Assembly: GCF_009834535.1 (NCBI RefSeq)
Contig: NC_045697.1
Coordinates: 4,652,001-4,716,000, forward strand
Direction of reading: 5' to 3'
From: Camelus ferus
Taxonomy: Eukaryota
Length of the DNA stretch: 64,000 bases
The notes under the pieces are model-generated. The model saw only the letters and a list, made by a program, of their open reading frames with translations, did not search any database and had not been told where the DNA came from. Position 1 is the first letter of the stretch, and each line of letters opens with the position of its first letter. The position numbers and the translations under genes were made by a program. Below, piece after piece: positions 61,101 through 64,000 of the stretch.

Positions 61101-62986
61101 AGTAAAAAATAAAAAGAAAGAAAGAAAAAGAAAAACTTAAAAATGACTTACCCAGCACTGGAGCAGATTTCATAGACACGAAGTCACGAAGTACTTCTGT
61201 CCCCCATGACTGATGTTGATTGGTCTGTTGTCTTCAGAAAGTAACTTGGCAATGGGCAACTTGAAGAAGCTCGTAGCCTTTGACCCAGTAATTGAGTTTT
61301 AGGAAACTATCCTAAAGAAAATGGTTTTAAAAGAAGACCCAGAAAGGTCCGTTACAGTCAGAGTGGCCACACGGCCTAATTCCAGGGTGCCCCACTCACG
61401 TTCGTGTCGCCCAGACCGTCTTAGTTAGATTCCATGAAACCACCAGCCCCTTAAGTGCCCGACTGTGAGGGTCTGATGATGCAAATGAAAGAACAGACAG
61501 AGGAGTGTTACACGGTCCCACAGAGGGTGTTTTCAGAGAGAAAAAACCCTGGAAACCACCTGCGATGTGCTGCATAGCAGAATCACCATGAGCATGACGG
61601 GGCTCGTGCGGGGAAAACGCTTGGGAGCAGGATGAAAGCCTGGGGTTGTCGCCTTGCAGGCGGTGGAGTACAACATCTTCGAAGGCATGGAGTGCCACGG
61701 CGCCCCGCTGGTGGTCATCAGCCAGGGCAAGGTCGTCTTCGAGGACGGCAGTGTCAACGTCAACAAGGGCATGGGCCGCTTCATCCCGCGGAAGCCCTTC
61801 CCCGAGTACCTCTACCAGCGCGTCAGGATCAGGAACAAGGTGCGTGGGGCCTGGGTCTTCTGCGTGCAGAGCTGACAGATGCCACAGCTGCGTGGGCCTC
61901 CCTTTCCTCTTGGGTTCCCTGAGCTGTGATGGGACCCGCATGCATCTCAGGCTGGAGTGAGGACCAGACGAAACCAGGGAGGTTCCAGGGCTTTGCAAAC
62001 TGTAAAGGGCTGTGCACATGTGCGAATGGGAGGACTCCTAGGAGCCCACTGACCAGGGTGCCCCTCCTGCATCATCTTGGAGGGGGGTCCTCACTACCTC
62101 CTCTTTGAGGTGTCTAGCCCCCCTTCTGCAGATCAAAACCCTGGTGCTCAAAGCAGTGCTGGACTGACCAGCATCACGCAGCAAGGAGAGCTCTGGGCCC
62201 CTTGGGCATTGCCGCTTGCTAGAAAGAACTCACCCCTAGCACACTCGAGGGACGGCACACTGCATCTGGCCTCCCTTCAGATCTGCCCTCTTTTCTCCTT
62301 CCCCTTGTCCACCTTCCATTCAGCATCTTCCTTTCCTCTTGAGGAATCTTAGCATGGACTCCGGAGGTCAAAGGGCGTGGAGCAGGGGCAGGCTGTGTCC
62401 CATCTCCAGTCAGCTCAGAGGAGGATGCTTGCTTCTGCTTTAGATAGTCTCCCATCGGTGGTCCCTCATCTTCCCTAATTAAGTCCCTCCCATCACCATG
62501 ACAAACTGCTGCTTCCCACATTAAAGCGGCTGATGTTTGCCACAAAGCCCAGCTCTGTGTGTGTATGTGTGTGGGTATATGTGTACGCCTGTGTGTGTGC
62601 ATGCACGTGTGTGTGCCAGTGTGTATGTGTGTGCATGTATGTGTGCCTTGTACGTGTGTGTAAGTGGGTGCATGTGTGATGTGTATACAAGCATGTATAT
62701 GCATGTGCATGCACATGTTCATGAGTTTGTGTGTCCCCAGGGAGACAGCTCGCTCTCCTGCACAGGGGACTGCAGGCATGCATTTTGTCAGTCACGTGCT
62801 CTCCTGCTCCCTCTGTTTAGGTTTCTGGGTTGCAAGGGGTCCCCAGGGGCATGTACGACGGTCCTGTGTACGAGGTGCCGGCCACACCCAAGTACGCAAC
62901 GCCGGCTCCTTCCGCCAAGTCCTCGCCTTCCAAACACCAGCCTCCGCCCATCAGAAACCTCCACCAGTCCAACTTCAGTTTATCAG
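3653..62986 (+). CDS. CRMP1: CRMP1 / dihydropyrimidinase-related protein 1, short isoform, exons 1-13 (3'-partial; terminal exon beyond window)
   Basis: 13 GT-AG exons of 39,89,185,165,62,81,69,121,157,142,171,180,166 nt join in frame (1627 nt, no stops). The translation [29 protein letters not shown]...[17 protein letters not shown] matches CRMP1 as recalled ([21 protein letters not shown] distinguish it from CRMP2-5). Confidence 0.98.
7304..7409. repeat. Interrupted (TG)n microsatellite
   Basis: ~105 bp of TG with occasional GA interruptions. Confidence 0.95.
7843..7962 (-). mobile_element. Very short L1 3'-end insertion with (TTTTA)n-expanded tail
   Basis: (ATTTT)n followed by aagtatggtcagtttacaatgtt; flanked by ggggaaatttt (7832) / ggggaaaatta (7963) TSD-like repeats. 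Confidence 0.55.
8945..9190. mobile_element. MIR SINE
   Basis: Core-like text ctgggtttgaattctagc...ctcacttgtaaaatggg...gagaattaaatga...cttagaatagcacctgcacatagta. Further MIRs seen near 490-580, 12800-12960, 13220-13510, 17920-18110, 30700-30890, 33680-33870 and 42380-42600. Confidence 0.7.
9208..9530 (-). mobile_element. MLT1 (MaLR) LTR, approximate end
   Basis: tgtattagtcagc...ccattggctaaagcaagtcacat MLT1-type motifs. Confidence 0.65.
10127..10147. promoter_or_regulatory. Non-canonical RE1-like element (perfect half-sites in inverted arrangement)
   Basis: GGACAGCGCC-AT-GGTGCTGAA: right half on +, left half TTCAGCACC on -. Confidence 0.45.
14311..14756 (-). mobile_element. MLT1 (MaLR) LTR
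   Basis: tgcataacaaataaccc...gtggcttacaacaac...atcttccaca terminus. Confidence 0.65.
15676..15696 (+). promoter_or_regulatory. RE1/NRSE (REST-binding) silencer element in intron 1
   Basis: TTCAGAACCACGGACAGCGCA, a 19/21 match to the consensus TTCAGCACCACGGACAGCGCC, inside a neuron-restricted gene. Confidence 0.75.
16560..16765. repeat. CT-rich low-complexity polypyrimidine tract
   Basis: Almost exclusively C/T on the + strand. Confidence 0.8.
20300..20611 (+). mobile_element. LTR16-like (ERVL) LTR remnant, approximate start
   Basis: Terminal motif aaatccttgtctcaggctc...gagaaccc...gaca resembles the LTR16 3' end. Confidence 0.45.
22253..22341 (+). CDS. CRMP1: CRMP1 exon 2, [29 protein letters not shown](K)
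   Basis: ttttcag acceptor, AA|gtgggt donor, 89 nt. Confidence 0.97.
22890..23273 (-). mobile_element. MLT1A-like LTR
   Basis: tctggaggctggaag...cttctcctgaggcctct...taaggacatcag...cctcattttaacttaatta...cagtcacattctgag. Confidence 0.8.
23503..23570. repeat. (GGA)n purine-rich simple repeat
   Basis: gaggaggaggagagggaggaggggaggaggagg... Confidence 0.85.
26517..26900 (-). mobile_element. MLT1A-like LTR with 5-bp TSD
   Basis: Same motifs as the 22890 copy; ctgtc at 26512-26516 and 26901-26905. Confidence 0.8.
27375..27559 (+). CDS. CRMP1: CRMP1 exon 3, [11 protein letters not shown]...GGIDVNTY...GGTTMI
   Basis: ctccag acceptor, A|gtgagt donor, 185 nt; peptide visible in ORF 27184..27627. Confidence 0.97.
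27772..28196 (-). mobile_element. MLT1 LTR inserted into a MIR
   Basis: ...ttggccagagcaagtcgcacggccaagccca...gtctaccaca; TSD-like gtggt/gtgct. Confidence 0.65.
28301..28471 (-). mobile_element. 5'-truncated artiodactyl-type L1 3' end with 13-bp TSD
   Basis: ttgaagtatagtcaatttaca...tattccttttcatattctttttcatt; TSD tattaataagcaa at 28288-28300 and 28472-28484. Confidence 0.8.
29292..30520 (-). mobile_element. L2 LINE fragment (approximate)
   Basis: catttattgag...caggcactgtgctaggt...gggaacagcatgtgcaaaggccctgtgg. Similar L2 pieces near 8250-8600, 12130-12740 and 53445-53920. Confidence 0.7.
30895..31200. repeat. Degenerate (GAT/GGT)n trinucleotide-like repeat
   Basis: gatgatggtgatgatc...; produces the T/I-rich spurious ORF 30806..31192. 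Confidence 0.85.
31267..31431 (+). CDS. CRMP1: CRMP1 exon 4, [11 protein letters not shown]...EVLVQDK
   Basis: tcccag acceptor, G|gtcagt donor, 165 nt. Confidence 0.97.
33886..35304 (-). mobile_element. ERV1-type solo LTR interrupted by a second LTR
   Basis: tgttagtgga...[insert]...gatagagggtcccc...cagggtcctgctcagtatcg; flanks agta/atta; start resembles the LTR at 37103. Confidence 0.7.
33898..34514 (-). mobile_element. ERV1-type solo LTR (family A, copy 1), nested
   Basis: tgatgca...cctgtctca termini; shares ggtccttggcttcgcgcagg-aagaattcaagagc and gatttattcagagag with 54117-54620; minus-strand AATAAA. Confidence 0.8.
35462..35970 (-). mobile_element. MLT1 LTR containing a short L1-tail insertion (35669-35772)
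   Basis: tgtattagt...ttctggaggtcagg...aatcaaggtgtcggcagg; the insert has TSD ttccagcctctgctt/ttccagcttctgctt. Confidence 0.75.
36735..37765 (+). mobile_element. Old L1M 3' end split by an LTR
   Basis: aaacaacccaaatgt...tggataaacaaaa...gaaataagccagtcacaaaagacaaat...ttaatgccactg | cactgtacacttacaaatgg. Confidence 0.8.
37103..37698 (-). mobile_element. ERV1-type solo LTR inserted in L1
   Basis: TG...CA termini, flanks actg/aatg, L1 text resumes afterwards. Confidence 0.7.
38268..38782 (-). mobile_element. ERV1-type solo LTR (family B, copy 1) inserted in an L2 3' end
   Basis: tgttaccgagtcc...ccctattaca; flanks gaat/taat; colinear with 51935-52429. Confidence 0.85.
41652..41713 (+). CDS. CRMP1: CRMP1 exon 5, [21 protein letters not shown]
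   Basis: aaacag acceptor, CAG|gtaggt donor, 62 nt. Confidence 0.97.
43616..43696 (+). CDS. CRMP1: CRMP1 exon 6, [27 protein letters not shown]
   Basis: ccttag acceptor, CAG|gtgagt donor, 81 nt. Confidence 0.97.
44960..46715 (-). mobile_element. MLT1 MaLR provirus remnant (partial LTR, internal region, LTR 46204-46715)
   Basis: Internal-to-LTR junction ccattcccacatttt...gcaccctacttctgaacaccaaaatc|tgtattag. Confidence 0.6.
46813..46966 (+). mobile_element. tRNA-Ala-derived SINE (camelid Vic-1-like) inserted in an L1 fragment
   Basis: GGGGAGGGCATAGCTCAG...GGTTCAATCCCCAGTACCTCC plus A-rich tail; TSD aaaactaggtct/aaacctaggtct. Confidence 0.85.
48654..48722 (+). CDS. CRMP1: CRMP1 exon 7, [23 protein letters not shown]
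   Basis: ttacag acceptor, GAG|gtaaag donor, 69 nt. Confidence 0.97.
49133..49416. repeat. TG-rich minisatellite with recurring GCACCTG units
   Basis: Units like tgtgtgtgcacctgtgtgtgtag. Confidence 0.9.
50063..50172 (-). mobile_element. Internally deleted tRNA-derived SINE (Vic-1-like)
   Basis: T-rich tail followed by ggagggactgggggctgagcccaggacc...gctaagc. Confidence 0.7.
50337..50524 (+). mobile_element. Composite tRNA-derived SINE (full head plus second truncated head at ~50448)
   Basis: TATAGCTCAGTGGTAGAGC...GGTTCAATCCCCAG; second GGGTATAGCTCAGTGGTAG; cctaattacc tail. Confidence 0.85.
50680..50800 (+). CDS. CRMP1: CRMP1 exon 8, [40 protein letters not shown]
   Basis: ccgcag acceptor, AAG|gtacac donor, 121 nt. 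Confidence 0.97.
51935..52429 (-). mobile_element. ERV1-type solo LTR (family B, copy 2)
   Basis: Colinear with 38268-38782; flanks ctgc/ctgg; gattttatt gives minus-strand AATAAA. Confidence 0.85.
53049..53205 (+). CDS. CRMP1: CRMP1 exon 9, [14 protein letters not shown]...PDYLTSLLA(C)
   Basis: cccaag acceptor, TG|gtgaga donor, 157 nt. Confidence 0.96.
54117..54620 (-). mobile_element. ERV1-type solo LTR (family A, copy 2), ~100 bp upstream of exon 10
   Basis: Colinear with 33898-34514; flanks tttg/ttta. Confidence 0.8.
54722..54863 (+). CDS. CRMP1: CRMP1 exon 10, [14 protein letters not shown]...VVWDKAV
   Basis: tgccag acceptor, GTG|gtaagg donor, 142 nt. Confidence 0.97.
55155..55187. repeat. 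Perfect (TG)~16 microsatellite
   Basis: Read directly from the sequence. Confidence 0.95.
55558..55728 (+). CDS. CRMP1: CRMP1 exon 11, [10 protein letters not shown]...ITAKSHKS
   Basis: ctccag acceptor, TCG|gtgagt donor, 171 nt. Confidence 0.97.
57198..57597 (-). mobile_element. MLT1 LTR (MLT1B/C-like)
   Basis: cagttctggaggccag...tcttcttataaggacaccagtcat...gacctcatcttaact. Confidence 0.75.
58070..58440 (-). mobile_element. L1M 3'-end fragment
   Basis: ttgagatgtaattcacatgccat...ggatttgcttattctgtacatttcatac...ttcctttttatggctgaataatattccattg. Confidence 0.8.
59190..59279 (+). mobile_element. tRNA-derived SINE (Vic-1-like, short form)
   Basis: GGGGAGGGTGCAGCTCAGTGGCAGAGC...GGGTTCAACCCCC plus A tail; TSD aaaaagcactttga/aaaaa-cactttga. 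Confidence 0.8.
59370..60560 (+). mobile_element. Highly decayed L1 ORF2/3' remnant (approximate)
   Basis: aagattcaata...ttcttcctaatttaatctat, ttataaagctaca, aattcaaaatgggtcaaagatt, aatgcgaatc motifs of old L1M. Confidence 0.55.
60768..60997 (-). mobile_element. 5'-truncated artiodactyl-type L1 3' end
   Basis: Poly-T followed by sequence colinear with 28301-28471. Confidence 0.75.
61660..61839 (+). CDS. CRMP1: CRMP1 exon 12, [14 protein letters not shown]...YQRVRIRNK
   Basis: ttgcag acceptor, AAG|gtgcgt donor, 180 nt. Confidence 0.97.
62555..62735. repeat. Degenerate TG/CA-rich repeat upstream of exon 13
   Basis: gtgtgtgcatgcacgtgtgtgtg... Confidence 0.85.
62821..62986 (+). CDS. CRMP1: CRMP1 exon 13, phospho-regulated tail (Y504, T509, T514, S518, S522)
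   Basis: gtttag acceptor, G|gtagga donor, 166 nt; [36 protein letters not shown]... Confidence 0.97.
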
Positions 62987-64000
62987 GTAGGAAGGTACAG
63001 CGGCCAAGTCTCCCCGGGCCATGGTGGTGCCGAGAGCCCGGAACCTGCAGAAATGGGCCCACGGCCTCGGGCACTGGATGAAGAGCCAAGGGGGGAGCGT
63101 TGGATCCCCTCCGCCCCTCCTCCCGGGGTTGGCAGAGGAGGCTGGGAGGGTCAGAAAGCAGAGGGGGTCCGTGGGGGCAGCACAGAGACACCTGACCCTG
63201 GTTTATGAAGAGTCTGCTTGAAAACTGCCCATGTGCTCGTCCTTAAGCACATCTGGGGACATGTCTGCGCTCTTTCCCGTGAGGCTAACGTGGAGAGGTG
63301 GGTCTCCAGGCTGTTTATCACGCGCCCTCGTAACTCATGACTGTTTCATCTTCCCACAACCCTGTGTGGAGAGTGGTGTTACCCCTATTTCTTTAAGGAG
63401 AAAATGAATGCCCCCAAGACATTCAATGTCAAAATGCCAGTACTTGGTGCTGGACAAATGTGTGTGGACCAAAACCTCAGCCTTTCTGAAGGCCCTTAGG
63501 ACACGTGCCTGCAGTTTCATCCGGTCACCACACGAGGGCAGGCGGGCACACGCTGGGACCTTGACTTGGGACTGCCTATTGGAGGCTGGGGACCCAACAC
63601 AACAGGGATTGTTTGCGCAGCCGGGAAGACATACCACCTCTCAGGGAGTTTGCCAGCTGGATCTCTGCTCTCGTGTTATACGATTCCTGATTACAATTAA
63701 ACACGGAGTGACACTCCCTTTCAGAACAAGAAAAACAATGGAACAAAGTTTGTAGGTAGGGCCCCCCCCCCCGACCACCCTTGGTCCCCCGTTCAGCCCC
63801 CAGGTCCCCCTGAGTGCCCAGCACCGCTGGGCAGCCCCACAGCAGCCTCACGGGCGCCTTCGTCAGACACCAGCAGCATCGACGCCGCCCAGTGTCAGGA
63901 GCGACTTCCACATGTCCCTTAAACACCTGTGTGGGGTCGCGTCATAGACACGTGGCCGGTGTCCTTTTGCCCACCAGGGATTTTCAAGGCACCCGACACG

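Noticed and set aside
62987..64000. CRMP1 terminal exon or EVC 3' end
   Set aside because: No AQIDDNNPRR-like sequence or other recognisable exon found before the window ends

Overview
Mammalian genomic DNA containing most of the neuronal gene CRMP1 (DPYSL1, collapsin response mediator protein 1) on the + strand. The tRNA-Ala-derived SINEs suggest a camelid. I traced 13 GT-AG coding exons by hand, from the CpG-island first exon of the short isoform (ATG at 3653, [13 protein letters not shown]) to exon 13 (ends 62986). They join into an uninterrupted 1627-nt frame (542 codons + 1 nt). The last exon and the long-isoform first exon are not in the window. The introns carry the usual mammalian repeats: MIR, L2, L1 fragments, MLT1/MaLR and ERV1-type solo LTRs (several nested), SINEs and microsatellites. 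I found no new gene or system. The most notable non-coding signals are: a near-perfect REST/RE1 site plus a perfect inverted-half-site RE1 variant in intron 1; a 71-bp non-TE direct repeat bracketing the canonical RE1; a TGCATG (RBFOX) cluster before the phospho-tail exon 13; and a composite SINE flanked by a ~60-bp duplication with an inverted SINE partner. Repeat family names and human comparisons are from recall, not from database searches.
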